Origin: Chloroflexota bacterium
Lineage (GTDB): Bacteria; Chloroflexota; UBA11872; VXOZ01
Reading direction: 5' to 3'
Length of the DNA stretch: 64,000 bases
NCBI GenBank assembly: GCA_965221905.1
Contig: OZ244922.1
Span: forward strand, 800,001 to 864,000
Program-made: the position numbers and the translations under genes
The notes under the pieces: generated by a model
What the model saw: the letters and a program-made list of their open reading frames with translations, nothing else
Told to the model about the DNA's origin: nothing
Database searches by the model: none
Shown: positions 47,375 to 57,090 of the stretch, one piece after another
Layout of the letters: each line of letters opens with the position of its first letter
How positions within the stretch are numbered: position 1 is the stretch's first letter

Positions 47375-48766
47375 CTACAGGTTGGCCGAATTCCAGTCGT
47401 CCACGATTATCTGGCAGTCTTCCTCCGCCTTTTCCAGGGCCTGCTTGGCGGTGGTTTCCTCCGCGCCCCACCACGGACTCATCGCAGCGGCGTAAGCGTC
47501 CCGCAACACGCCATACTGCGGATGCGGGAAATACGGCTTGGCGTAGTCGGCTGCCCGCGCAAAGGCCAGCAGGTTCGCCGGATCCGGCGAATCCGCTGAC
47601 GGGACGAAGACTTCCTCGGCTAGTGATGAAATGGACGGGATTATGTTGCCCTGGCCGCCGGTCCAACCCAGGTGTTCCGGCCCGACGAGGAAGGACAGGA
47701 ACTCGGCTGCGGCGTCCAGCTTCTTGGTGGTGGCTACCGTGAAGATCTCCTCGATGCCGAAGAACGCGCCTTTGCCTTCCTCCCCGTCGCCAACCGCCGT
47801 CGGCTGCTCGACAATGTCGAAGTTCACGCCGGCCTCGTGACGCCGCATTGGCTCCAGACCCCACGTGCCGTACACGGACATGGCGACTTTGCCGTTCGCA
47901 AACGAGTTGAAGAACTGCGCGTCATCTTGCCGGTTATAGTCCTCAGGCCGCGGGCCAACCTCATATTTGGCCCAGTTGTCCCGCCACCACTCGACCGCTT
48001 GCAGTCCCAAGGGCCCATCCACCAGCACCTCGGTGCCGGTATCGTCCATGAAGCCCTGATACATGCCCGCGATCCAGTAGGCGACGTAGTGTACGGTCGC
48101 CACGCCCCAGATCTTCTCATCGGCGGTGCTCAGGCTGTTGGACACCTTCTGCGCCGCCGCCAGGCGGTCGTCAAACGTGTCGCTATCTTGCGGATAGGGC
48201 ACGCCGGCCTTGTCGAAGAGGTCCTTGTTGTAGAACCACGCCGTAGTGTTGATGCCGATCGGCGCCGCAATCAATTTGCCTTGCCAGGTAAGACCGTTCA
48301 CCAGCGTCGGGTTGAGCTGGCTCATGTCGTACTTCATGCCCTTGAGGAGCTCGTTGGCGTCGTACAAGATACCGGCAAAGGGATGTAGCCCCACACCAAA
48401 CCAGCCCATGTCCGGTGCTGCGCCGCCCGCCACCGTGGCTCGTAGCTTGCTGGCCGGGTTGCCGCCAAAACTGCCGGCAACGTCCAGGGTGTTAACCGTG
48501 ACACCAGTCTCCTTGGCGTTGTAGGTCTCCAGAATCCACTCCAGCCAACGAGTCTTACCCGCCGAATAATGGGGCCACAGGAAGGTGATTTCCGTCGGCT
48601 CCATCATCGCCGGCTTTTCCGCCTCTGCGGCCATCTCGGCGCCCTCTGCCGGGGCCATTCCGGTCGCACCGGTCTGGGCGCATGCAGCCAACAACGCCGT
48701 ACCGCCGACTAATACGGCGCTACCACGCAGGAACTGGCTCCGTGAAATGTGCGCTTCGCTAAGCAT
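47375..48766 (-). CDS. ABC sugar-type extracellular solute-binding lipoprotein (Tat-like signal)
   Basis: 'ISRSQFLRG...LLAAC', 'GGAAPDM', 'FYNKDLFDKAGVPYP', 'FANGKVAM..YGTW'. AGGAGG RBS. Confidence 0.9.
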   Translation of the reverse strand: MLSEAHISRSQFLRGSAVLVGGTALLAACAQTGATGMAPAEGAEMAAEAEKPAMMEPTEITFLWPHYSAGKTRWLEWILETYNAKETGVTVNTLDVAGSFGGNPASKLRATVAGGAAPDMGWFGVGLHPFAGILYDANELLKGMKYDMSQLNPTLVNGLTWQGKLIAAPIGINTTAWFYNKDLFDKAGVPYPQDSDTFDDRLAAAQKVSNSLSTADEKIWGVATVHYVAYWIAGMYQGFMDDTGTEVLVDGPLGLQAVEWWRDNWAKYEVGPRPEDYNRQDDAQFFNSFANGKVAMSVYGTWGLEPMRRHEAGVNFDIVEQPTAVGDGEEGKGAFFGIEEIFTVATTKKLDAAAEFLSFLVGPEHLGWTGGQGNIIPSISSLAEEVFVPSADSPDPANLLAFARAADYAKPYFPHPQYGVLRDAYAAAMSPWWGAEETTAKQALEKAEEDCQIIVDDWNSANL

Positions 48767-48846
48767 GCAAGACCTCCTATTTTGGTCTCTCTCAGCTACT
48801 CTCACCCTATCTCATCTCGGTATATCACCAGATTGATAGTCCTTAC

Positions 48847-48858
48847 TATGTTAACATA
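48847..48858. promoter_or_regulatory. Palindromic operator candidate upstream of the SBP gene
   Basis: Perfect 12-bp palindrome TATGTTAACATA in the AT-rich promoter region. Confidence 0.4.
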
Positions 48859-48934
48859 TTGCTGCGTTGATTTCCTGCACGTTACCGCCCAGCCTTGCTG
48901 ACCTCTCCTGCTGGGAAAGTATCGGCCGGCGCCG

Positions 48935-49420
48935 TCACTCCTGCAACGTGCGTATCATGGCGATTTCGTCGCACTTCGAGAACTTGGGACAGCGGTAGCA
49001 CTCCTGCCATACCTTGATTGAGAGCGTATCCCGTTCTACCCGCCGAAATCCGCACTTGGTAAAGAACGTGGGCTCCAAGGTAAGCGTGAATACGGTCTTG
49101 ATGCCCAGTTCGCGCGCCTCCGCCACACAGGCATCAACCAACTGCCGTCCGATGCCCTGGCCCTGGTACTCCGGCAAAACTGCCAAGCCTCGGACCTCGG
49201 CGAGGTCTTTCCACATCACGTGCAGCGCGCAGCAGCCTGCCACTGTGCCGTCCTGCCGCCAGACGACGTAGTCGCGGATTCCCCCGTAAAGCTCCGCCAG
49301 CGAACGGAAGAGCATGCGGTTCTGTTTGGCGTAGTAATCGATGATCTGCTTCATGGCGGGCACGTCCGTCACTTGCGCCCGCTCAGCCGTGCCGGTATTG
49401 ACGAGTCGTAGGGCTGCCAT
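48935..49420 (-). CDS. argA: Short N-acetylglutamate synthase-type GNAT acetyltransferase
   Basis: 'ML.RSL.ELY..IRDY', 'CALHVMWKDLAEVRGLAV', 'KVWQECYRCPKF..CDEIAMI'. Confidence 0.75.
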   Translation of the reverse strand: MAALRLVNTGTAERAQVTDVPAMKQIIDYYAKQNRMLFRSLAELYGGIRDYVVWRQDGTVAGCCALHVMWKDLAEVRGLAVLPEYQGQGIGRQLVDACVAEARELGIKTVFTLTLEPTFFTKCGFRRVERDTLSIKVWQECYRCPKFSKCDEIAMIRTLQE

Positions 49421-49739
49421 GTTGCTGAATCCTCTAATAGCTACCGCTGCGCTTGGGAGATTGGGAGAAGAGCCTTCTTTACTATCGTAACGTATACGTC
49501 AACATGGTGAAAGTGCGAAACGTACGCTTGTTTAGACGGTGTTACTGCAGAAGAGAGAGGTGCGTGCCATAGGAAACCGGCACGTAAGATTCCAACTCTG
49601 TAGAATCCGACCGCGAGTTTGGAGTGAACTCCCACCGATAAGGCTCTTTACTACGGACGGCCTAGATTCCGCGAACGCTGTTCGACGCTGCGCTCGGAAT
49701 GACATGACCCAGCGTAATGACACGGTCCATTTGCGCAGC

Positions 49740-50591
49740 CTAGAGCCTGCCTGCGCTCTCACGCTTAACGAGTACCCGCCGGATATCTTCGGCAAATGAG
49801 ACTTCCGAGTCATCCTGCGGCGCGTAGCCAATCACATTACGCGCGTTCGCGATGCTCCAGAAGGCGCGCGCATTGTTGGAAACACCGTAGAAGATCTGGA
49901 ATGGGATGCCGTGTTCATTCTCGATTGCCGGGGTGTCGATGGACTTCACGAAAAGCTGCTGCAGGTCGCGCGGGCTGATATAGGCGCCGAGGTTGCGCTT
50001 GTAGCTCGTTAGGTTTTCTGAAGCGTTCTCTGCCGGTATCGGCCGCGGCGCGCCGATCCGCACCTGCACGTTCTCCAGCACGCGCCCCTGTGTGCCGGTG
50101 GCGAAGAGAAATCCCAAGTGCTCGTAACACGCTTTTGCCCAGCCGTAGTAATTGTCTGAAAGCGGCGGCGCCGTCACGTCCAGCATCTCCAGTTTTCTCT
50201 GCCGCAGCAGATGCTCGTACCAGTCGGCGGCGTGGTTCGAACTGGCAACCACCACTCGCCGCACTCCCTCTTCCAGGCATGTTTGATAGACGTGAAAGGC
50301 GAGGTCGAGGTTTCCCCGCTCCGCATAGTAGTCACCGTCATTCATCGATCGCCCCGGCTGGCGATTGAAGGCCAAGTGCACGACGGCGTCCGCCCCTTTG
50401 AAGAAGCTGCGGTACGTCTCTCGGTCCGAATCGCGGAGGTCGGTTATGTGCACGCCCTCCACCAAAGCGCCGTCGCGGGTATGCTCTCGATTGTCGAGTA
50501 AGACCAGGTCGTACCGCTCGCGAAATGCGGGCAGAAGCTGGGAAGCAATATAGCCCGCGGCTCCGGTTACGACCACTTTCAATCGTGCCAT
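49740..50591 (-). CDS. NAD-dependent epimerase/dehydratase (uronate dehydrogenase-like SDR)
   Basis: 'VTGAAGYIA', 'ASSNHA', 'YGWAK', 'FYGVSNN...W.I.NAR..IGY.PQD'. Confidence 0.85.
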   Translation of the reverse strand: MARLKVVVTGAAGYIASQLLPAFRERYDLVLLDNREHTRDGALVEGVHITDLRDSDRETYRSFFKGADAVVHLAFNRQPGRSMNDGDYYAERGNLDLAFHVYQTCLEEGVRRVVVASSNHAADWYEHLLRQRKLEMLDVTAPPLSDNYYGWAKACYEHLGFLFATGTQGRVLENVQVRIGAPRPIPAENASENLTSYKRNLGAYISPRDLQQLFVKSIDTPAIENEHGIPFQIFYGVSNNARAFWSIANARNVIGYAPQDDSEVSFAEDIRRVLVKRESAGRL

Positions 50592-50724
50592 ACGGTTTCG
50601 TCCTTCATCTCGCTAGATTGCACTGCCGTGACGGTCTCAAACTGGATCGGCGCCGCTGAGATCCAAAGCGGAAACCTGCATTGTTGCCGTCATGAGTTCG
50701 TTGGCGCTCAACGTGTTACGGGCC

Positions 50725-51774
50725 CTAGGTGAGAGATACCGTCTGGCCGCTCTCGCCCGACTCATAGATCGCGTCCACGATCCGCTGCACAACCAGCGCC
50801 TCTTCCGCTTTGACCAGCGGCGGCGTGCCCTCCTTGACGTTTCTCACGACGTGGGCAAACTGCTCGATATGGGTATTCTCTCTGCCTTCCTCATGCGCAG
50901 GCGTGCAGTCAAGCAGTCCGGCATTGGGCACCTCTTTGAGAATCTTCAGCGGCCGCAACGTGGCGCCGCCCTCGGTGCCGCAAAGATACGCGTTCACTTC
51001 ACTCTCGATGTTGAGGGCCCAACTGGTCTCCAGATTGATGACGGCGCCGGTGTCGAAGCGGATTTGCGCCGTGGCAAAGTCTTCTACGGTGTACCGTTCC
51101 GGATCTACGGGATTACGTCGGGTATACAAGCCCGGTCGCTTCGCCAGTTTTGTAAAAACAGCGCCCGTAACTGCCGTGGGCGTTGGGTGTCCCATCAGCC
51201 ATAGCGTGAGATCGAGCGTGTGGACGCCAATATCGATCAGTGGGCCGCCGCCGTTCTTGTCCTTCTCAATGAACACGCCCCAGGTGGGAATGCCCCGCCG
51301 CCGCAACGCCAGTACGCGCGCATAATAAATCTCGCCCAGTTCGCCTTGCTCGATAAGGTGCTTGAGAAACTGTGCGCGTTCGCCAAAGCGCGACTGGAAG
51401 CCGATAGTGAGCATCTTGCCATTCTGCTGTGCTGCGGCGATCATCTCTTCGCCCTCAGCCGCATTCATCGCCATGGGCTTCTCGCAGATGACGTTCACGC
51501 CCGCGTTGAGCGCAGCCACCGACGCGGCGCAGTGCAGAAACGGCGGCGTGCATACGCTTACCAAGTCCAAGTCTTCCTGCGTGACCATCTCGTTGTAGTC
51601 GGCGTAAACCTTGGAAATCCCGAATTCGTCCGCGACCTCTTGCGCACGGGGCTCATCGATATCACTGATAGCCACCACCGTGGCTTCATCGGGAATCTTT
51701 GCGTACCCCGGCAGGTGGGCGCCGCGGGCGATGCCACCGGCTCCGATAACGCCGACCCGCACCTTTGTACCCAT
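50725..51774 (-). CDS. Gfo/Idh/MocA family oxidoreductase
   Basis: 'GVIGAGGIA', 'ICEKPMA', 'RRRGIPTWG', 'GGGPLIDIGVH'. Confidence 0.92.
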   Translation of the reverse strand: MGTKVRVGVIGAGGIARGAHLPGYAKIPDEATVVAISDIDEPRAQEVADEFGISKVYADYNEMVTQEDLDLVSVCTPPFLHCAASVAALNAGVNVICEKPMAMNAAEGEEMIAAAQQNGKMLTIGFQSRFGERAQFLKHLIEQGELGEIYYARVLALRRRGIPTWGVFIEKDKNGGGPLIDIGVHTLDLTLWLMGHPTPTAVTGAVFTKLAKRPGLYTRRNPVDPERYTVEDFATAQIRFDTGAVINLETSWALNIESEVNAYLCGTEGGATLRPLKILKEVPNAGLLDCTPAHEEGRENTHIEQFAHVVRNVKEGTPPLVKAEEALVVQRIVDAIYESGESGQTVSLT

Positions 51775-51883
51775 TGCACTCTCCTCTTTCATTTCCAGGC
51801 AAATTGCGCGTTAATCTAGTATACATTGACGCAGCCCCAGCCGCCCCGTACGATGACTTTAGAAGCAACGATTGGGAAAGCAC

Positions 51884-53059
51884 ATGATTCTCCTTGCCGG
51901 CGGTACAGTCTACACGCCTCTGCAGCAGCTCCCGCAGACCGGCGTCGCCATTGACGACGGCCGCATCGCGCGGGTGGCTCCCGCTGACGCGTTCGCGGAC
52001 TTTGCCGGACCTGCGGAGACGATCGACGTATCCGACTGCATCGTCTGTCCCGGCTTTATCGATATGCACGTGCATGGGGCCTTAGGGGCCTCATTCCGCA
52101 CGAATGCAGTGGAAGACGTGCATAAGATCTGCGCGTACCGGGCAGAGACAGGCACAACCGGACTGCTCGCGACGGTGGGCACGGCATCATGGGAGCATTC
52201 AGTCACGGCGTTACGGACAATTGTGGATGCCGCGTCTACCCCCATCGGATCACAGATTCTTGGCGTGCACATGGAGGGGCCCTATCTCAGTCCTGACCGC
52301 CGGGGGGCCATGCGCGTTGAACTCATGCGTACGCCCGATAAAGACGAGGTCACAACGCTCCAAGACATTGCGCAGGGGATGATCAAGGTGATGACCGTCG
52401 CGCCGGAGCGTGAAGGGGGCTTAGGGCTGGTAGAGCACCTCGCCTCCATGGGCATTGTTCCCGCAATCGGTCACTCCGACGCCACGTTTGCCCAGGTGGC
52501 GGCAGCAGTCGCCAGCGGGGTCAGCCAGGCGACACATACGTTCAATGCGATGCGTCCGCTCCACCATCGCGATCCCGGCACCGTCGGCGGTGTGATGGCG
52601 CACGCGGAAATCACCGCCGAGTTGATCGGCGACGGCGCCCACGTAGACTCTCAAGCAGGCAAATTGCTCGTCACGGCGAAGGGCTGGGAGCGTGTCGCCC
52701 TCGTTACCGACGGCGTCGAGTTCTCCGGTTTGCCTCCGGGTACCTATCAAAGGGCGAGCGGCGTCACGGTAACGGTCTCGGACGTGTTGGGCACGCGGGA
52801 CGATGGTACGATCACGGGAAGCGCGTCTTCAATGAATCGCAATGTCAGTGTATACGCGGAGGCCGGCATACCCCTGCCGCATGTGCTTGCTATGGCTAGT
52901 CTTGTTCCGGCCGGGCAACTCGGTTTGAGTAACCGAAAAGGCACAATACGCCCCGGCGCTGATGCCGATATCGCCGTGCTCAGTAGGGACTTTCGCGTCA
53001 TGCTGACGATAATTGGCGGTAAGGTCGTGTACCGCGCGCCGGAGTTTTCACCAGGGTAG
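51884..53059 (+). CDS. nagA: N-acetylglucosamine-6-phosphate deacetylase
   Basis: 'PGFIDMHVHG', 'HMEGPYL', 'APE', 'GHSDA', 'THTFNAM', 'VTD'. Confidence 0.92.
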   Translation: MILLAGGTVYTPLQQLPQTGVAIDDGRIARVAPADAFADFAGPAETIDVSDCIVCPGFIDMHVHGALGASFRTNAVEDVHKICAYRAETGTTGLLATVGTASWEHSVTALRTIVDAASTPIGSQILGVHMEGPYLSPDRRGAMRVELMRTPDKDEVTTLQDIAQGMIKVMTVAPEREGGLGLVEHLASMGIVPAIGHSDATFAQVAAAVASGVSQATHTFNAMRPLHHRDPGTVGGVMAHAEITAELIGDGAHVDSQAGKLLVTAKGWERVALVTDGVEFSGLPPGTYQRASGVTVTVSDVLGTRDDGTITGSASSMNRNVSVYAEAGIPLPHVLAMASLVPAGQLGLSNRKGTIRPGADADIAVLSRDFRVMLTIIGGKVVYRAPEFSPG

Positions 53060-53064
53060 TAACC

Positions 53065-54009
53065 ATGACGGGAATCGGCGTAGACATTGGCGGCACCAAA
53101 GTCGCTGTGGGTATTGTGGACGATTGCGGCGACATGCTGGCGACGGCACGCGGGCCGATCGTAAAGGATGCGCATGCCACGATCATGGAGAGCATTTGCA
53201 CTGTCGTCGACGACGTGCTCGCGCAAGCGGCCGAGCGGCCGAGCGCCATTGGTGTTGCCGTGCCCGGCACAGTTGATCGCGACCGGGGCATTGCGGTTTC
53301 TGCGGTCAACGTCGGCTGGCGAAACCTGCCGCTTGTTGCGCTCTTGCAGGAGCGGTACGATCTGCCGGGTGTTGTCGCGAATGACGCGAATTCGGGCGCC
53401 TGGGGCGAATTTGTGTTCGGCACGGGCAAGTATATGCAGAATTTGGTGTATATTACCGTTGGCACGGGCATCGGCGGCGGCATCATAGATGCCGGACGGG
53501 TGATGCGAGGTAGCGGTGCTGCGGGCGAAATCGGCCATATTCTGGTAAACCCAGGCGGTCCGCTCTGCAACTGCGGCGTACACGGCTGTTTGGAGTCGCT
53601 GGCTGCCGGGCCCGGCATCGCGCGGCGTGGCCGCAAGGCGGCGGCTGCCGAACCAACGGACATAGTCCATCGCCTCACCGGTGGGAACATAGATAGCTTG
53701 ACAAGCTTCACCGTGCACGACGCCGCCGAAGCGGGCGATCCGGTGATGCAAGCCGTGCGCGACGATACAGCCCGCTGGCTTGCCATAGGCTGCCAGATTT
53801 CCCAGCAGCTTTTCGCGCCGGAGTGTATTGTGTTTGCCGGTGGCGTGATGCAGGACGGCGGAATCCTGATCCAGGGGACTCGCGATTGGTTTCAGCGTCT
53901 TGCCGGGAGCCCGCACCCTGACATAGAGTCCTTTATCCGGCTCGCCGCGGAAAGTGAGCATGCTGGAATCGTGGGTGCAGCAGCGCTCGTCCTCCAACCG
54001 GAGGACTGA
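53065..54009 (+). CDS. ROK family sugar kinase
   Basis: 'GVDIGGTK', 'NDAN..AWGE', 'GTGIGGG', 'GEIGH', 'CNCG..GCLE'; no HTH. Confidence 0.92.
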   Translation: MTGIGVDIGGTKVAVGIVDDCGDMLATARGPIVKDAHATIMESICTVVDDVLAQAAERPSAIGVAVPGTVDRDRGIAVSAVNVGWRNLPLVALLQERYDLPGVVANDANSGAWGEFVFGTGKYMQNLVYITVGTGIGGGIIDAGRVMRGSGAAGEIGHILVNPGGPLCNCGVHGCLESLAAGPGIARRGRKAAAAEPTDIVHRLTGGNIDSLTSFTVHDAAEAGDPVMQAVRDDTARWLAIGCQISQQLFAPECIVFAGGVMQDGGILIQGTRDWFQRLAGSPHPDIESFIRLAAESEHAGIVGAAALVLQPED

Positions 54010-54333
54010 ACATAGAGGTTGCAGTAAGCCCGCGGCACAGCGGTCTTTCCCCATGCGCACGTTCTAGCTCATCTTTGCCATCGCGCCGCATCTCGCTTTG
54101 CCCCTGCCCAGCGGCGTCGCGTGCGCACTTCCGGAAACTAAGAGTCCTACCCCTTTCAATCCTTGCTTTCAGATCTACTGTAGCGCGTAGGTACTCCGGC
54201 GCATGTAACCTTGGAATGCCAGCAGAGCCTTCGCGCCACGCGGCAAAGCAACGTAGTAGCTGCGCGCCCGTAGCTGCCACGGTCGATTTGCACAGACCTC
54301 ATCGCCCGTTGCTACTATGTAAGGGAAAGCCCG

Positions 54334-54807
54334 ATGATTCGATTTAGCCATACAGTGATTCCTTATCCCGCGCGCGCGGAGAGCATCGTTCTGCTCGCTC
54401 TGTTGGCCGCGCTCATTCTCATCGCCTGTGGGGCGCGCGGGGAACAGACCGGCGGACTCGACGTGACCGTTGTTTCTGCGTCACCCGACCCGGCAACGGT
54501 GGGCGATGCCGTGATCACCCTGGAAATTCGCGATGCGGACGGTAATCCGGTTGAAGGCGCAACCATCGAGGTGGAAGGCACCATGACCCACGCAGGCATG
54601 AAGCCGGTCATCGTAGAGACTAAGTCCCTCGGTGAGGGCAAGTACGCTACCAAGGACTTCAAATTCACAATGGGCGGCGACTGGGTCCTTATCGTGCGTG
54701 CCACGCTCGCCGACGGCAGCACGGCTGCGCAGCAGGTTGATCTGAAGGGTGTGCAGGGCGAGATGAAGATGGAAATGAAGTCCGACAAAGCCAAGGAAGG
54801 CAACTAG
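54334..54807 (+). CDS. YtkA/FixH-like lipoprotein
   Basis: LIAC lipobox, Ig-like 'EGTMTHAGM...FTMGGDW', Met-rich C-terminus. Confidence 0.8.
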   Translation: MIRFSHTVIPYPARAESIVLLALLAALILIACGARGEQTGGLDVTVVSASPDPATVGDAVITLEIRDADGNPVEGATIEVEGTMTHAGMKPVIVETKSLGEGKYATKDFKFTMGGDWVLIVRATLADGSTAAQQVDLKGVQGEMKMEMKSDKAKEGN

Positions 54808-55455
54808 CCGTGGCCGTGCTGCGGACCCCACAGAAAGGGCAGCGGGATCTCCTCAACCTACCCGTTATCGGACGCTTCCTGCGCTGGAAGCATGCCCGCA
54901 CGTCCATGCAGGCAGTGCTCCTGGCAGTGTCGGCCCTGATCCTCTATGATGGTTTCTGGGGTCCGCAGCTTGCGTCAAAGAACCTCGCGGGCGTGCTCCC
55001 GTGGGTGCATTGGCGCGGCTTCGTGGTGCTGGCTCTGCTGGTAGCAGGCAACCTCTTCTGTATGGCGTGCCCGTTCATGCTGCCGCGCCGCTTAGCCAAG
55101 AAGCTCCTGCCCGCCAATCGCCTGGCCCAAGTTCATCCGCAGCAAGTGGCTGGCAATCGGCGTGCTTTTGGTCTTCTTCTGGGCGTACGAGGCCTTCGAC
55201 CTCTGGGCGAGCCCGTGGCTTACCGCCTGGGTGGTGCTTACGTACTTTGTCGCCGCCTTTGCGATAGACGGCATCTTCCAAGGCGCAGCTTTCTGCAAGT
55301 ACGTCTGTCACATCGGACAGTTCCACTTCGTCCATAGCATGGTGTCGCCGCTGGAGGTCAAGGTGCGCCAGCCTGCCATCTGCGGCACGTGCACAACGAA
55401 AGACTGCATCAAAGGGCGCTACAGCCAAAAGCCGGAGCAAAGTATGCTCCGTCAT

Positions 55456-56490
55456 GGTGGATTCACATTTCAAGTGCAACGTTTGTTTGAGGAATACTTC
55501 TGTTGGGGTTTGATAGTCAAGGCACTTGCGTGGCGTGTGATTGTAGGCTTGGATAAGTTGCGCAAAGCGCTCTGCAGACATCTCCGCCAGGTCGGTCTTG
55601 CGCGGCAGCACCCGCCGCATGCGTCCGATGGCGTTCTCAATGCCTCCTTGTCTGCCACGGCGCGTGGGTGTCGCAGAAGAAGGTCTGGATGCCCAAGTCA
55701 TGGAGATGGTAATGACGCGCGAACTCGGTGCCGTTGTCGAAGGTGACGGTCTGTCGCCACGCTTCAGGCAAGACCGCGAGCAGATCGTGCATGGCAGCGG
55801 CGATGGGCTCTGCCGCCTTGCCGGGCTGGCGCGCAGCGATGAGCAAGCGCGAGTGGCGCTCGTGCAGGGCGAGCACCGCGTGGCCGCCTCTGCCAAAGAG
55901 CATCAGGTCAGCCTCCCAGTGGCCGGGGGTTTGGCGGTCGGCGGCCGCCTGGGGACGTTCCGCCAGTGGACGGCGCTTGGCAATGAAGGAGGCCGGACTG
56001 CGCCCACTGCGCCGATGGGGCCGCCGTTGCGCCTTGCCTCGCGGCAGGTACTGCCGCCAACTGTAGTCCTTGGTGCGCGCCACCTGTCCGTATATGAAAC
56101 GATAGATGGTCTCGTGGGAGATGACCGGTGCTCCCGCTTTCTGCGCCATGTGTCCCGCCACCTGCTCCGGCGACCAGCCGCATTGCAAGTACTCCAGCAC
56201 GGTCTTGCGCAACGCAGCATCCCGTTCCAGCTTGCCGCCAACCCAGCGCCGCGCCCACGCCTGTTCATCGGCATACCCCGCTTGGTAGCCCTGCGTACGA
56301 GACCCATTGCGTTTCACCTCCCGCATAATGGTCGATGGCGCGCGATCCAGAGCTGCAGCAATTTGCCGGTACGAGTGCCCCGCGGTGTGAAGTCGGGCCA
56401 GTTCACACCGCTCTTCAATGGAAAGTTGACTGTACTGTGTTCCCATGGCAACACCTTAGCATGGTGTTGCACTTCGTTTGTGAGTCTAGC
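55456..56490 (-). mobile_element. IS30-family insertion sequence (1035 bp); transposase from 56446, frameshifted near 55651
   Basis: HTH 'YSQLSIEER...IAAALDRAPSTIMREVKRN'; DDE 'GHWEADL', 'TFDNGTEF', 'GGIEN'. 25-bp imperfect IRs GGTGGATTCACATTTCAAGTGCAAC / GCTAGACTCACAAACGAAGTGCAAC (18/25 match). Confidence 0.93.
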
Positions 56491-56639
56491 GAATCCAGGT
56501 ATCCAGGAGCAACTTCCCCAAACGCCCGAGCCGCCTCAGCCCCGTCAATCCTGGGTAAAGAAACAAATGCGTGACTTCCTCTATCCGATGGACTCGGGCC
56601 GGGCTGCGGGTAATCACCCTCACCCTAACCCTCTCCCTC

Positions 56640-56903
56640 TGTATAGACCGGGCACATGGGTTACACCAAGAGACATAGGGTTTTTGTAGAAGAGAATGGC
56701 CATGCCATGGAAGATTAATACAGTCAATGTCGTTGTGCAAATAGGTTGTGGCCCAGGCACAAGCTAACGTGTTGAACACGAGCGCATTGTGTCGTCTTGA
56801 ACGTCTTCTTCTCGGACCAACCTATAACATCCATAGATCTCAGGGAGCAAATTGTGTAACCCATGTCCCCGAACAACTGTTACCTATGTCCCCAGTCTGT
56901 ACA
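56640..56903. mobile_element. 264-bp IS481-type MITE with 5-bp target duplication CCCTC
   Basis: Ends TGTATAGACCGGGCACATGGGTTACA / (rc) TGTACAGACTGGGGACATAGGTAACA with repeated GACATRGGT boxes. CCCTC at 56635-56639 and 56904-56908. Confidence 0.88.
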
Positions 56904-56990
56904 CCCTCAAGGGAGAGGGGATCCCTACACTTCAGAACAGGGCAGTGCTAAGGTCTCCGCAGGTGAGAACTCAGGCGATGAGCCTGCCCT

Positions 56991-57090
56991 CCGTCATTCC
57001 GGCGAAAGCCGGAATCCAGACGACATGGACAAGCCCTTCCAAGCGCCAGAACGACGTCTGCTCCGTCATTCCCGCGAAAGTGGGAATCCA
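56991..57090 (+). repeat. Two type A REP palindromes read in-frame inside the CDS (LRHSGESRNP, LRHSRESGNP)
   Basis: CCGTCATTCCGGCGAAAGCCGGAATCCA at 56991 and CCGTCATTCCCGCGAAAGTGGGAATCCA at 57063, with stem-preserving substitutions. Confidence 0.9.

Noticed and set aside
52747-54060. Long antisense ORFs (also 2713-3741, 12398-13399, 15516-16544, 59244-60215, 60531-61661)
   Set aside because: GC-rich shadow frames opposite well-supported genes.
55598-56689. 363-aa plus-strand ORF
   Set aside because: Antisense shadow of the IS30 transposase. Only the 56491-56639 part is real, as part of the interrupted host gene.
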